Source: Neodothiora populina
Lineage: Eukaryota
DNA: 64,000 bases
NCBI RefSeq assembly: GCF_041146345.1
Contig: NW_027191405.1
Location: 1,178,001-1,242,000, forward strand
Direction of reading: 5' to 3'
Made by a program: the position numbers and the translations under genes. The notes beneath the pieces were generated by a model. It saw only the letters and a list, made by a program, of their open reading frames with translations. It ran no database searches and was not told the origin of the DNA. Position 1 is the stretch's first letter, and each line of letters begins with the position of its first letter. Below are positions 11,972-25,709 of the stretch, piece by piece.

Positions 11972-13252
11972 ATGGAGCCGTGGTTGTCCTGGGGCATTGC
12001 CCTCGTAGTCGGTGGACTGGCTTTCTACTACTACAACGCCCAAACCAAGCCGCAGCCAAACAAGACTCGCGCAACCTCCATCTCAGAGTCAATCCCATCC
12101 GCTGTGAAGCCAGCTCGCAAGCGCGACGATGTCAAGGCCAAGCCCAAGAACCCAGCACCAGTCAGCAGAGTCATTGAAGCGACCGCCTCAACCCTTGACC
12201 CCCGCAAGGGCGACGTCAACACCAGCAGTGGAGAGACGACCACCAGGAAGCGCAAAGCTGGCAAGAAGCAGCCGGCCCCGGCACAATCTGTGCCCACCCC
12301 AGCTGCTGCATCTGGCTCAGCCCGTGACGAGGAAGACCTGGCTGAAGAGGACGACAACAAGGCCTGGGCACAGCAGCTCCTGTCGATGAAGAAGGGCACC
12401 AGCCTCGCACCCCCGCAACGCACTGACTCGCGCAACAAGACTGTTAAGCAGTCCGCCGCCGGACGCGCACCCGAATTTTCCTCTGCCTCTTCGAACGCTG
12501 CCGATGCAGACGACGACTGGACACCAGCACGCTCACCAACTCTGGCTGCTGGCGATGTTTCAGACATGCTTGAGCCCACCGCGTCAGGTCCTAATGTTCT
12601 GCGACTCACCGAGTCTGTTAAGCCTGCCAAGGCTAAGCAGCAGCGCCAGGCACCAGCTGAGGTCGTCGAGTCCAAGAAGGCAAGACAGAACCGCAAGAAG
12701 GTGGAGGAACGCAAGCTTCAGCGTGAGGCCGAGGAGCGAGAGCGACAAACCCTACTGGAGGCTCAGCGTCGCACAGCGCGCGAAGCCCGTGGCGAGCCTG
12801 CAAGGAATGGCGTTCAGTCCAAGCCTCCTGCTGTTAGCGAGTGGGCTGTCAAGGCTGCCGAGCGCGCTACCCAAGCTCCTTCGCAAGAAGTAGGAACCAG
12901 CAATGCAGGCCTTCTGGACACCTTTGACGAGCCGCCAAGGCCAAGTGTTCCCTCCGAGGAGGATCAATTTTTAATGGCTAAGAAGATGAGCGAGGACGAG
13001 TCTGGCTGGAACACCGTTCCCAAGGGCAAGAAGCAGAAGAAGACGAAGCCTACTGGACAAGCTGAAGCAAACAGCAGCGATGCAGGATCCGCACCTTACA
13101 CGGCAAGCGAGGCGGCCCCAGCTCCTGTTGCTCCCTCCGTCCCAGTCGTCTCGCACAAGGCGTCGACTTCAGCTTCCAATGGCTACGGATATAGCCCGAG
13201 CTATACCTACGACGCCGGCAGCCACCCCGAAGACTCCCCGTGGACTGCATGA
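11972..13252 (+). CDS. Hypothetical protein with N-terminal transmembrane anchor and a charged coiled-coil region
   Basis: Long ORF with strong codon bias. MEPWLSWGIALVVGGLAFYYY hydrophobic segment, then SKKARQNRKKVEERKLQRE...QRRTAREARGEP. An intron lies just upstream (11890-11951). Confidence 0.75.
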   Translation: MEPWLSWGIALVVGGLAFYYYNAQTKPQPNKTRATSISESIPSAVKPARKRDDVKAKPKNPAPVSRVIEATASTLDPRKGDVNTSSGETTTRKRKAGKKQPAPAQSVPTPAAASGSARDEEDLAEEDDNKAWAQQLLSMKKGTSLAPPQRTDSRNKTVKQSAAGRAPEFSSASSNAADADDDWTPARSPTLAAGDVSDMLEPTASGPNVLRLTESVKPAKAKQQRQAPAEVVESKKARQNRKKVEERKLQREAEERERQTLLEAQRRTAREARGEPARNGVQSKPPAVSEWAVKAAERATQAPSQEVGTSNAGLLDTFDEPPRPSVPSEEDQFLMAKKMSEDESGWNTVPKGKKQKKTKPTGQAEANSSDAGSAPYTASEAAPAPVAPSVPVVSHKASTSASNGYGYSPSYTYDAGSHPEDSPWTA

Positions 13253-14055
13253 TTGGCCACGGTGGTTCAGATTTTTGATACCATGGTTGGTTATTCCGTG
13301 GTCACTACTGCTGCAAGGCAGTCGGAAGCGTCATTTCGCTGGAGTTCTATTAGCAATTTGGGAACGGCTACCATGCATTCGTGGCGCATGTTCTTATTCT
13401 CTACCAGCACGTACGGATGTTATTTCTGAGATAATGGCTGGATGACATAAAAGCTGAAAGGACGGATGGAGTCCACTGTATCTGTGAGACGCTTTCGAGG
13501 GTTCAGATCTTTTCTTATTTCTTTGTATTGTATTTTCTCTAATGTTATCATCGTTTTGATGGAACTCATGTACCAGCACACAGAGAGTTTAGCCAAGGTA
13601 CTCTGCGTTATGCCACTTGTTGATCGACTTTCGGGAGATCCGATCTGTGACATGATGCTTTGATGCTCATCTGCGTCGGTCGTGAGTTCGGCTGTAGCAC
13701 ACTGTGCACTCGATTGCTTCACATCTCTACGCATAAGTGAAATGAACCTCGTATCTCTGACCAGCTTTAGGTCAGTCCTTCGAGAGACCTCAAGACCATT
13801 GACCGTGAATGTTGTTCAAAACCCCGCGGTCATCACGAACCCCTTAAGCGGCTCCGAGGTCCAGACATGGGTTTGGTCAAGTCCCCCAGAAAGCTTGGCA
13901 CCTGCTACTAATGCAACAGCTGGCATTGTCTCGTACAGAGTAGGCACATTAACTGCTTTATACCTTGTCTATCCCCGTCGCGAGATAATCCTCAACAACC
14001 CGGTGTACTTTGGCTACTTTTCACTGCGTGACGAGTGTGCGGGTTACCATCGAAC

Positions 14056-15218
<1,163 letters not shown>

Positions 15219-15930
15219 ATTCTATTCTGCCCACATTGCAGAACATAAGGCGCTGCAATGGTGAGGTCTCCGTGGTCAGAGACCATCCGGCGTTGTTTTT
15301 GGATCGGCGAATGATCTAACATGGAAAAAGAGTGCGACGTAAAACATCGAGGTGACTGATGTTATGGAGAACAAAAATTCATGTACGAAAATACAAAGTG
15401 CTAGATCTACGTCTTTGCGATTGTCCTTTGGGTCAAGTCCTGCTTTGAAACTGGCTGTGAGGACGATCCGTTATTACTATGTTGACATGATTGTGAGCTT
15501 CAAGCAGGGTCAACCCTGTAATGAGGAAGCTATTGAAGCCATCCATAGCTTGGACGACGAGATACACTGTAGACACTCTGGGCTCACCACGATTCTACAC
15601 TCGTAATGAAGAAGACTGTCTTGCACATGAGCTGATCTGATGGACATGAGTAGCAGTGCCATAGCCATAGCCATAGCCATACACGATCGTACAGAATGTC
15701 ATGTCAGTGAAGTTCTGGAGCTGGCGTTGATCCATGACTCGCGTGTCTTATTCGCGAAGCTGTGCGGGAACAAGTGATGCCGACTGCCGATGTATTGTGT
15801 TCCTGCTGTATCTGAATGTATTCATGTCCATCTTGTTTTCTATACATCAAGCATATTACAATCCACTTTGCGCGTCGCAATCAAAGCGAGCTTGTATTCC
15901 TGCATCAGTCTTGGTCTGTAGCACCTCATC

Positions 15931-18900
15931 ATGGCTCCAATGACACGCGCGACGAAGGCGGTGCATCGCAAGGTAAGTGAAAGTAGAGATGAGCAGTCCC
16001 CGTTTGTTCAAACTGCCGCACGTGTTGCTTACACCCTATCAGCAGAGCGCGCATCCGCAACGAGCCAGAGTCGACATGGATCAGCCCGAGCCTTCTTGGG
16101 AACTTGTCCAACATACAACCGCACAAGACGACGCCGCGGATCCAATCTCCCCTCTGCGAGACATGGCAGATCGCGTCGGGCGAGAAGTCGACCACTTCGC
16201 CGAGACCTTGGACAAATTCAACAACCGCCTGCACGACGAAGATGCTTATGGCGCCGCATACGAGCTCACTGTCGAATACAAGGCTTACGCCAATTCCGTT
16301 ATCAACAAATTGAAGAAGCAGCACAGCGCGCGCCGCTTACACAGCAAGAAGAATGATTTTGGCAAGAGATGCAGAGAATCGCACACTTCGCTTCCCGGTA
16401 CCTCCATTTACCCACGAGACGAGGACGAACAGCTCGACGGCGGTGATCCATTACACACAATCAAATATTGGCAGACTGAGAGTGACACCTGGGAATTGTT
16501 TCGCCTCATGCTTGAGCTCAGATACCGACCCAATAGTGAGCAAGCGCAACACGAACGGAAGGCCAAGTTGGCTCAGTCAGCTCCGACGAACCGCTACACC
16601 ACACCATCCGCCCTCTGGGACAACTTCACTTTGAACGATGATCAGGCGCGCGAGAGGCACCTTGTGTTGAAATGGCTCCAGGAGACGGCCGCCCATGGGG
16701 ACAGCGACGAGCTTGATGGCACTTCACCAGATTCCAACCAAGACGCTGGCGTGTGGGTCAATGGGTGGATGGAGACGCGAGAAAAAATAAAGGGCGCAAA
16801 GAGAGCCAGGTTCTTACCTGCAGACAATGCGGCGGGGCTGGATATTCGGTGCTCCGATACCAACGAGCCCCTGGTCTCACAGCTTGATCCTGACGCGCCT
16901 AGTCGCCAGCGCGGCGTGCTTGAGAAAAAGGACGCTCTCTCAGAGCGTTCCTTGTGGATCTCCTGCTGGAGCATGTTGCGACGCGGTACACCATGGGCTG
17001 AGGTTTGCGAATGGTGCTCTGTGCGGAATCAAGACTGGCGAGCTGTCAGTCTGGGCGCCGCAGTGAACTCCCCACAAGACATTCCTATCCCCGGCTATTC
17101 TGCTGGAACACTCTGGCGTCACACCTGCTACACTCTTGCTACCAAACAGGGTACCGATGAGTACGAGGCTGCTGTCTATGGCCTCATGAGCGGCCATCTC
17201 GACTCGGTCCGTAAAGTCTGCAAGACCTGGGATGATCATCTTTACGCCCATTACAACTCACTGCTACTGAACAAGTTTGATCTGTATCTGCATGAGAAAC
17301 TTCCTGACAGGGTCACAACAGCATACGTACCGACTCCGGATTCATTCAATACCAACATCACCATCGATCTCATGGAGAAGCTACAGGGGGACCCGGCCAC
17401 GAGCAGTGAAGCTGGCCAGCCAATGAAGTTACTACAAGCTAGTTTGATAGCCAACAGCTTCGAGAATCTCTGTCAGGGTCTCTCTTCGGCCATCACAAGC
17501 GCTGCATGGTACCGATCGCAACATCGAAGTGCCGCGACCGAGAACCGCCGTGAGACTGCTATCGCGAATGACTTTGACGCTTTGCGCATCGCCACACACA
17601 TGCTCATTATGCTGCGCGAGTTCTATCCGCCCTTGTCTGCAGACACTGCAGAGACCGTGGCCATGGACAACATTGTCGCTGCGTACATTCACTTCCTGAG
17701 TGCAGTCGGAAAGAGAGACCTTGCTCCCCTTTATGCTTCCAAGATGGCGCCAGCGCGAGCCAAGGCTTCACTGGCTCAGGTGCTCTCAATGGTTGACCAT
17801 GTCCAGGACAAGGTCAGCTTTATCAAGTTGATGGGTGTTTACGGACTAGACCCCATGGCTGTTCTGATCGAGCAAAGCCGTTACCTGGTCCGGAATCTTA
17901 CTCTCGAGCGTGATCTCAACGAGGCACATCTCCAGATCGTCGAGGAGACGACAGATACCGTCTACCCGGGACAACGCATCAAGCTTGACTTCACATCGGC
18001 CGCCACTGGAAGTGAGACCCTTGCTGATCATCTGATTGTATTTTATCTCGTGGAAGGTCACTGGGACGTCACTTTTAGTACACTGGCATACGCCTGTCGT
18101 AAACTGCTTCGTAAGTACCCCGTACATGACCCCATGCCGCTTGTAGCTATGCAGATACTGATATCGATCACACAGTCCATGGCTACTTCTTGGAAGCATC
18201 CCGCCTAGTACAGAAATTGCCGTTCGAGTCGTTGTCAGCGACAAAGTCTCGATCCGTACTCGGTCGGGCGGTCAATGTGATGGATCGCGAGGACATCCTG
18301 TCTTTCCAGGACGATGCTGGAGCGGCGGCGACACTACGCGTTCTACAGCGCCAATCACAAGCCTACTACGAACTGACGATCCTTGTTCGTGCAATCGCTG
18401 CGTTGGAGAACTGGAGACGCATGGAACATGAGCACATGAGGTGAGTTGATACACTATCGCCTGTGGAGAGGGTGACCGTTGTGCTAACACCGAACGTAGC
18501 AAAATCCCACAGCCTACGTCTGCTCCGTCCAAACTGAAAAGGGCGTTTGAGGACACATGCAACACTCTGGAACCCGTCTTCACTGGTATCTTACTGAGAG
18601 CGAAAGACGGTATGTCAGATTGCCCCATAGTTGCAAAACCGCCACTGACATTGGTATCACAGACAAAGAAGAATCAGAACTATCCCAGATCCGCGCCCAC
18701 TATCTCCCCGAAGTCGTGCTGGCCTACAACGCCGCTCTGTGCGCTGCAGCCCACTTGAAGAGCCGCGACTACTTCATGAACGCCATGGACCTGGCCGCCG
18801 TCGTGGCAGACAACAAGACTGGGCTTGCGGTTGCCATCATGGCAGCAGGACGCATGACGGAAGTCGTCACTGCTTTCGCGCATACCAGCGAGCATATGCT

Positions 18901-18988
18901 CAAGTTGAACGAGATTGGCACCAAGCCGAGGAGGGAGAAGAAGAGCAAGACCGGAGGCAATCTGGCTATCTGGGAAATTGGTGGTTGA
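15931..18988 (+). CDS. NUP84: Nuclear pore complex protein Nup84/Nup107; about 5 exons
   Basis: VGREVDHFAETLD, W..E..TWEL, LVSQLDPDAPSRQ, W..LRRG..WRAVSL, YEAAVYGLMSG, WDDHLY and YLPEVVLAY are typical of fungal Nup84. Introns are at about 15973-16041, 18111-18175, 18441-18499 and 18610-18662. Confidence 0.88.
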
Positions 18989-20332
18989 AGAATGGTCTAT
19001 CAAAAGTACAATCAGCTCGTATTAGCCAAAAGCCAATGGTCTCTCTGCGATGCTTAGACTATCAATTCTCGAAGCACGCATGCACGATCAACATCGTGAA
19101 CATGAGATATCTCAACAATTGCCTGCTTTTATCTGATCAAAGGTGTATAACATACTAACCAAATGCACCAAGTTGACAAAACGATCAGATGCACAAACAT
19201 TAGATACTCAACGACCTTCTAGACGCATGATGACATCAGCCTAGCCATTAAGGGCTAGCCGGCTCAAATCCCACCGATCGTGCACATATGTGTCTTAGCA
19301 GAATGTGGTTTGGCCACGCTATCGCCACGATCGTTGCTCGATGCTATAAACAGCGCGAGATGTCAATCTTTCACCGTACAGCATGGAAGTCCCAGTTAGA
19401 CAGTTCCTGACGAGCGCTCACGGTCACTTGCGAACTGAAGCACAAGCTACATCAACCTGGTGATCTCGCGTTGGAGGTTGTTTCGCCACTGTCCGGGCAA
19501 TGAATCTGACACACACTCACTACTCGCGATGCGACCCTCGCGAGGAGATAAGCTAGCCGCTCTTGGTTAGACCCTTGTTGAATTTCGCTCAGAAGTTGCA
19601 GCTGGTGATTGATGATAGGTGGCAGATATCTCGCGGTTATTAGGTAGAGTGCACTTCGGATAAGTTCACTGTGATCGCTGCCATAGATACGGCTTCGATA
19701 ACCAAGCGGTTTCAAACTCCGAGGTTGTTCGGCGCTGGAGACGGTGGACGATATCGCACGTATTACTCTTTGCAGGATGGGAATGCATATAAACAACAAT
19801 CATCCGCGCGAAGGGTGGCATGCACTAGACAGGCAAAAGCTACCTGTTACATACAGTGAAACCACCGCTCAGTAGAGCGATTGTTCCAACACGAAGCCTC
19901 TAGTAAACAATTGTTAAAATAAGGTAGCACTTTGGTCTTAGGCAGGCTATTGTGAAGACCTCTACTGAGATAGCCAGTAGTTCGTGAACTACTAGGCATA
20001 AAACGCACCTCACTCTGTGGGCAAAACGCACACATGCTCCGGAGATGCATATCCCCAGCCGAAGCGGTAATAAGCATACTTTCTCCCTCGGACCCCACTT
20101 GAGTCCTGGCCTGAACCCTTGCCTGTAGCTACTTCGAGGCACCTGCGATCGGCGAACATATGACGCTATAACAGCGCAATAGAGTACTTTGAGTTCACAC
20201 ATGCGTAGTCAGATACGGTATCATATATAAGCATGCAGACCACAGATACACTGTGGTCATCCATCTGTAAGCGACTGCCTCGTCTCATTGACTCTCACAC
20301 AATCTGAACCGAAAAGCAAAACAGAGAAGACA

Positions 20333-21233
20333 ATGTCGAAAATCGTAGAAGAACACGGGTGGACACCCGTTCCCAGATCGCTTGACAAAGTAGTCAACAG
20401 CAGGAAAGATCCACAGCCACCCAAGGCAGTGACGGTCGATGATTTCCCTCCACCAACCAGTCCGCTCGTGCAGACTGTCACCAAATATGCTCGAGAGAAC
20501 CTGCCGCAGGAGACGTTCAATCACAGTATGCGGGTTTATTACTACGGTGAGTCTTCTTTCCATCCCTCTCTAATTTCTCAGACCACCAACCAACAGCCTC
20601 CTAACGTCGCCAATCAGGCCAAGCGATCCTCAAAGCCCACTTCCCCTCCTTCCGCCTGAGCCCCGAGACCTGGCTACTGACATGTCTGCTCCACGACATC
20701 GGCACGACAGCAACCAACATGCGCAGCACGCACCTGTCGTTCGAGTTCCAAGGCGGCTACAAGGCTCTTGATTTGCTGTCGCAGAACGGGTCGCCTCAGG
20801 CGCAGGCCGAGGCGGTTGCCGAGGCGATCATTAGACATCAGGATTGTGGCGAGACCGGCATGATTGCGCAACTTGGATTTTTGATCCAGATTGCTACGCT
20901 TGGTGTGTCTTTCTTTTCTTTCCTTTTTCTCCTTTTCTGTTCTTCTGGTTTGATCTCGTTGGTGGGATGGGTGTGTTTACTTTGATATGATGGCAGCGTT
21001 GACTGACCAAATTCCGCGCGACGATAGTTGATAATACCGCTGCGTACGCAGAGCTCGTGAACACTGACACGATCAGAAATGTGGTTGGGGCCTGGCCTAG
21101 GCTGAAGTGGTCATCGTGTTTCGCGTCGTCGGTAAGAAAGGAAGTCGAGCTCAAGCCTTATAGCCATACCACCAAGATCGAGAACTTTGCGGAGATGATT
21201 GAGGATAACGAATTGATGAAAAAGTGGGAATAG
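20333..21233 (+). CDS. Cyanamide hydratase (HD domain; yeast Ddi2/Ddi3 and Myrothecium Cah family); 3 exons
   Basis: HGWTPVPRS, TFNHSMRVYYYG, TCLLHDIGTT, SFEFQGG, AEAVAEAIIRHQD, WPRLKWSSCFA and ELKPYSHTT motifs. TATA-like TATATAA at about 20224. Confidence 0.9.
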
Positions 21234-21345
21234 GATGGTAGGCTTTGTTCATCGCACGCTGGCGTGCCTTGAGTCTGTATGGCTATCTTTCGAAAGATGC
21301 AATACGATCTGAGGGTAAGACGGGGGTATATATGTGTTATTACAA

Positions 21346-23586
21346 TCAAAAGCCGCTGGCGAACTTCTTCTTTAACCTCTCGTACTTTTCGATACTGCCC
21401 ACACTCTTCTTGACTGCATTGACAGCATATTCAAAGTCTTCGACCGAGACCTTGTTGTCCTTCCTCTTGAGAGCGTGCTGTCCGGCTTGACGCAGGAGGG
21501 CCTCGATATCAGCACCAGAGTAGCCATTGCATTTCTCGTCGCGCACAATCTGCTCGACATGCTCGGGCCACACACCACCCTTGCTGCCTTTGCTTCTGTT
21601 CTGGATGAGTGCCTTTAGGATCTCTACTCGTTCGTCGACGCCGGGCAGGCCGACATAGATGCGTGTCTCGAGTCTGCCTGGACGCAGCATGGCTTCGTCG
21701 ATGATATCTGGTCTGTTCGTGGCGGCTATAACGTAGATGCCTGCGCGGCCGGACAGACCGTCGAGCTCGGTGAGAAGTGTATTGACGACGCGAGCAGATG
21801 CTTCCGAAAGCGAGTCATCACGACGCGGCACCAGTGCGTCCAACTCATCGAAGAAAATGACACAAGGCGCGGAGGACCTCGCGCGGTTGAAGAGTGTCCG
21901 TACTGCGCGCTCAGACTCACCCACATATTTGTTGAGCAGCTCGGGGCCCTTGACACTGATGAAGTTTGCTTTTGATTCGTTGGCGACGGCTTTGGCCAGC
22001 AACGTCTTTCCGCAGCCGGGTGGTCCCCATAGAAGCACGCCGGTAGGGGCGGAAATACCGACGGTGGCGTAAAGATCTGGATATTTGATGGGCTCGACGA
22101 TGGCGGTCTGCAGCTCCTCTCGGACTGTGCGCAGAGCACCGATGTCTTCCCATGTAGTATCGGGGATGGTTGCGAAGCCTTCTCGTTTAGAAGATGGAGT
22201 GATTTCGGGAAGGACGGTCAAGAATGCTTCCATCGGGAGAACCATCTTCTCAAAGCCTTCGGGCTCGGCCATCTCGGTGTCTCTGGCTCTTTTGACCAGT
22301 CGATCCCATAGTTGATCGACTCCAAGCTCGACTGTTTCCCGGTCGACATCCATGCTACCATCTGTGGTGTCGTTGGCTGTCACTGTGGTAACCTGCTGGA
22401 TAAGAGCGTCTTGGTATTTGTCCATGGTCCAGATTGCAGCCTTTCCTACCAAATCCCTGAGATCGGCACCGACGTATCCCGCAGTCATTTTGGCCAGTAC
22501 TGCAAAATCCACGTCGTCGGCGACTGGGGTGTTTCTCATCTGTGTTCGCAGGATGGCTTCACGCATTGGCTCGTTCGGTACGCCCATGTTGATTTCCGTG
22601 TCGAATCGCCCGCCTCTCCGCAACGCAGTGTCGATTGCATCTGGTCGATTGGTTGCTGCAAGCACAATGACGGGCTTTCCGTTGCTTTCCTGGCTGTCGA
22701 GAGCCAAGCTGTCGATGCTGATGAGCAATTGTGCGACTATTCTCTTTTCCATCTGACTCTGGGAGCTCTCTCGCTTGGGCGCAATCACATCGATCTCATC
22801 AATAAAAATCAGGCAAGGAGCCAACTTCCGGGCCTCGTCGAAACGATCACGGATCTGCTTTTCGGATTCACCAGACATGCCAGAAACGACTGACGGGCCA
22901 AGGATCTCGATGAATGGTACGCCGAGTTTGGCAGCGCTCGCTCTTGCTAACATTGACTTTCCACAACCTGGAGGACCGTGAAGAAGGACGCCGCGGGGGA
23001 TGGGGATATGGCAGCTAGTATAGAGCTGTGGGCGGATCAATGGCAGAGTAAGCATGTTCATGAGCTGGCGCTTCACGCCGTCAACGCCTCCCAAATCTTC
23101 CAGCTGGATACTTGTAGGTGGTGAACGGTCGACTTCCTCGGCCTGTCTAATCTTGGACCTCTTCTTCAGCGGTTGCCCATCGACCTCGCGCTTCTTCGGG
23201 ACCTCCGCCGACGGAGTCTGGGCTGCAGACACTGTTTCGGATGCGCTTGCGGGAGTCGCAATGTTCCAGGAACCGGTAATGCTTCGATTCATGATGTTGG
23301 CGTCTTGCATCGTTGTGTCCTTTTTCGTTTGCTGTTCAAGTGGCGCCTCTTCATCGTCATCGACGATGTCTGCTCTGACCGTATCCAAGATCCTCTCGAG
23401 ACTGTCTTCAAGGACTCTCTTCGGCTTTCGCTTCAAACTCGAATTCGATCGTTGGATAACTTGATACAGGGCGGGGATGTCTGGGCAGCTTTTGGGGTCG
23501 TGGAGAAGATGGGAGACTGCTTGATAGATGTCGTTGTCGAGGGCTCCCGACAGGCCAATGCCCCCTCTGCGCGCCTTGCCCGGCAT
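21346..23586 (-). CDS. RIX7: AAA+ ATPase Rix7/NVL (60S ribosome biogenesis)
   Basis: Two AAA modules ([16 protein letters not shown]), [35 protein letters not shown] and [17 protein letters not shown]. Intronless, 746 aa. Confidence 0.93.
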   Translation of the reverse strand: MPGKARRGGIGLSGALDNDIYQAVSHLLHDPKSCPDIPALYQVIQRSNSSLKRKPKRVLEDSLERILDTVRADIVDDDEEAPLEQQTKKDTTMQDANIMNRSITGSWNIATPASASETVSAAQTPSAEVPKKREVDGQPLKKRSKIRQAEEVDRSPPTSIQLEDLGGVDGVKRQLMNMLTLPLIRPQLYTSCHIPIPRGVLLHGPPGCGKSMLARASAAKLGVPFIEILGPSVVSGMSGESEKQIRDRFDEARKLAPCLIFIDEIDVIAPKRESSQSQMEKRIVAQLLISIDSLALDSQESNGKPVIVLAATNRPDAIDTALRRGGRFDTEINMGVPNEPMREAILRTQMRNTPVADDVDFAVLAKMTAGYVGADLRDLVGKAAIWTMDKYQDALIQQVTTVTANDTTDGSMDVDRETVELGVDQLWDRLVKRARDTEMAEPEGFEKMVLPMEAFLTVLPEITPSSKREGFATIPDTTWEDIGALRTVREELQTAIVEPIKYPDLYATVGISAPTGVLLWGPPGCGKTLLAKAVANESKANFISVKGPELLNKYVGESERAVRTLFNRARSSAPCVIFFDELDALVPRRDDSLSEASARVVNTLLTELDGLSGRAGIYVIAATNRPDIIDEAMLRPGRLETRIYVGLPGVDERVEILKALIQNRSKGSKGGVWPEHVEQIVRDEKCNGYSGADIEALLRQAGQHALKRKDNKVSVEDFEYAVNAVKKSVGSIEKYERLKKKFASGF

Positions 23587-23764
23587 AATGATCCAACCCA
23601 GTCTTTATCCTGGCAGCTGCTGAGTGCTTCCCAGGGTTTGTCTGCGCTGCATATTCATGTATGATATATTTTGAGATCCCCGGATTTTTTTTCCACGCCG
23701 AAATCCCGACATCCTCTATCGGTATCTCAACATGAGTCAAGTGTGGTACAAAAGAGCTAGTTTT

Positions 23765-23998
23765 GAGTCATTGACTTTTCTCCAAGCAGTCACTGACCAT
23801 TCACTGGGTGGTCATTCACTATCCGTTGGTGGTTCATTGACAATTCTCGCGCTCGTCATCTAGTCATCGACCAGTCATTATGGAGTCATTAAGAATAGAA
23901 GACGATTCATGGAAGAGCTATTGCATCTCCATTGGGGAGTCATTGACCAAATACGACCTTCATTGTGCAACCGGAAGAAACTGAGGCAGCCTGACTCA
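23765..23998. repeat. Phased degenerate array of GTCA-N-TGAC-like palindromes in the RIX7/VPS20 divergent intergenic region
   Basis: Cores start at 23767, 23789, 23811, 23833 and 23855 (22-bp period), then 23863, 23874 and 23885 (11-bp period), plus 23939. TGA(G/C)TCA occurs at 23733, 23764 and 23992. Confidence 0.7.
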
Positions 23999-24497
23999 TG
24001 CAGAACTGCGCCCGGGTCCCAATAAATCTTATCTCCGTGAGCTCTGCCTCCACGATCGTGTCAACCGTACATAGAGGCTAGCGAGACCATGTCCATCTGG
24101 TTTTCTACAGTTGAAGGGACGTATCGAATACCATCTTCAAGACATGTGGATGCCGTGGTACAGTACATTACACCTAGCCAGGAGGCAATTGTCTGAAATG
24201 TGGGACAAAGCATAGAGGTCCTTCACGTCCATACAATGACCATCGGTCAAGGTATACACCTCAGGTAGCACATGGCCATGAACAAGTGACATCATCCGCT
24301 CCCCAGAGTCTCGCGGCGCCGAGTGTGTATGATCTACAGGATCCCGATTCACCCCTCAACATGTGCAAGTCAACAATAGCAGCGCTGGAGTAAACATCCA
24401 CGTGCTTTTACTGCACGCGACGAGTCAAGAGCATATTCTCAATTGACTGTTGTCCTCCACTATAGTATTTGTATGGAAGTCGTCAGCGCGAATCACA

Positions 24498-25327
24498 ATG
24501 GGTAATGCGAGCAGCGCGCCCAAGATCTCGTCCCAGGACAGGTTAGCATTGCCTCTCTGTATACTGCACACACATGCAACATTACCGACTGATCCTTTTG
24601 CCCATGCTCGATTCTTCAGTAGTATGAACACGACTCTTCTGACACGTGCAAAGGGCTATCCTGGACATGAAAAACCAACGTGACAAGCTCCACCAGTACC
24701 AAAAACGCATCACAGTCATCACGAACCGCGAGAAAGAGATAGCCAAGGAATGTCTACGGAAAGGCGACAAGAACCGCGCATTACTTGCTCTGCGCAAGAA
24801 GAAGTACCAGGAGTCGTTGCTCGCCAAAACAGACCAACAGCTGGCCCAGCTGGAAATGTTGACCAGCGATGTTGAATTCGCCCTCGTGCAAAAGGACGTC
24901 GTCTTTGGTCTCCAGCAAGGCACCAGCGTACTCAAAGAGATCCACAAGGAGATGGGTGGTCTGGAACGTGTTGAGATGATCATGGGCGAGAGTGAAGAGG
25001 CCAGGGCCTACCAGAATGTATGCATCGTGCCCTCCAGGCTGCATTATACACGTGTGCCAACGCAAGCCATCCGCTGACCAACGTGAACAGGAAATCAACG
25101 AAACTCTAGGCATGCGCATGACTAATGCCGACGAGGACGAGGTCGAGGACGAGCTCGAAGCCATGGCTGCTGAAATGGCCGCGCCCAAGGTCAACCTACC
25201 CAGTCTCTCCGAGTCTGGAGTCGTCGCCCCGATGCCTGATGCACCGAACGAGACACCGAGGGAACGAGCACGACGAAGAGCGCGGGAGAAAGAGGCCAGC
25301 GACGGTGCAACGCCGATACTCGCGTGA
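24498..25327 (+). CDS. VPS20: ESCRT-III subunit Vps20/CHMP6; 3 exons
   Basis: MGNASS myristoylation-type N-terminus, ISSQDRAILDMKNQRDKLHQYQKRI, ALLALRKKKYQESLL, EFALVQKDVVFGLQQG and EVEDELEAM. Confidence 0.92.
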
Positions 25328-25709
25328 CGCCCGAGCACGATTCCATATAGACCTGCTTCACATCTCGATGCTGTTTCCAAATACCCCAATCTGTATCTAG
25401 TTATATTTCACATACACTTCGTTCATCTACTATATAGACATATACATATACCAAGTGTAAATGGCCACTTGATTTTTATGCTATACGCCCTAGCACGTGC
25501 CATATGATCTCCGACTGCTCAAGTGGGTAGGTGGGGTTACATGTCCAACCCACGCTTTGCCCCTCCTTGATGCAATCACCAACAAAATCATGTGAATCAC
25601 TACCAGTGCCTCAGCCTCTCCTATGGCATAAACAAACACTAAACATACATATACACGCGTACATACACGTACATATACGCAAACACCAACCAATCAGCAA
25701 CAAGACCCC

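Noticed and set aside
15658..15680. (GCCATA)n short repeat; also the G-run at 1264-1274 and the A-run at 60091-60104
   Set aside because: Ordinary simple-sequence slippage.
19452..20202. Short ORFs upstream of cyanamide hydratase
   Set aside because: No recognisable motifs, codon bias or transposon signatures.
23765..23895. CRISPR-like interpretation of the phased array
   Set aside because: The cores (9 bp) and spacers (13 bp) are far too short, the context is eukaryotic, and there are no cas genes.
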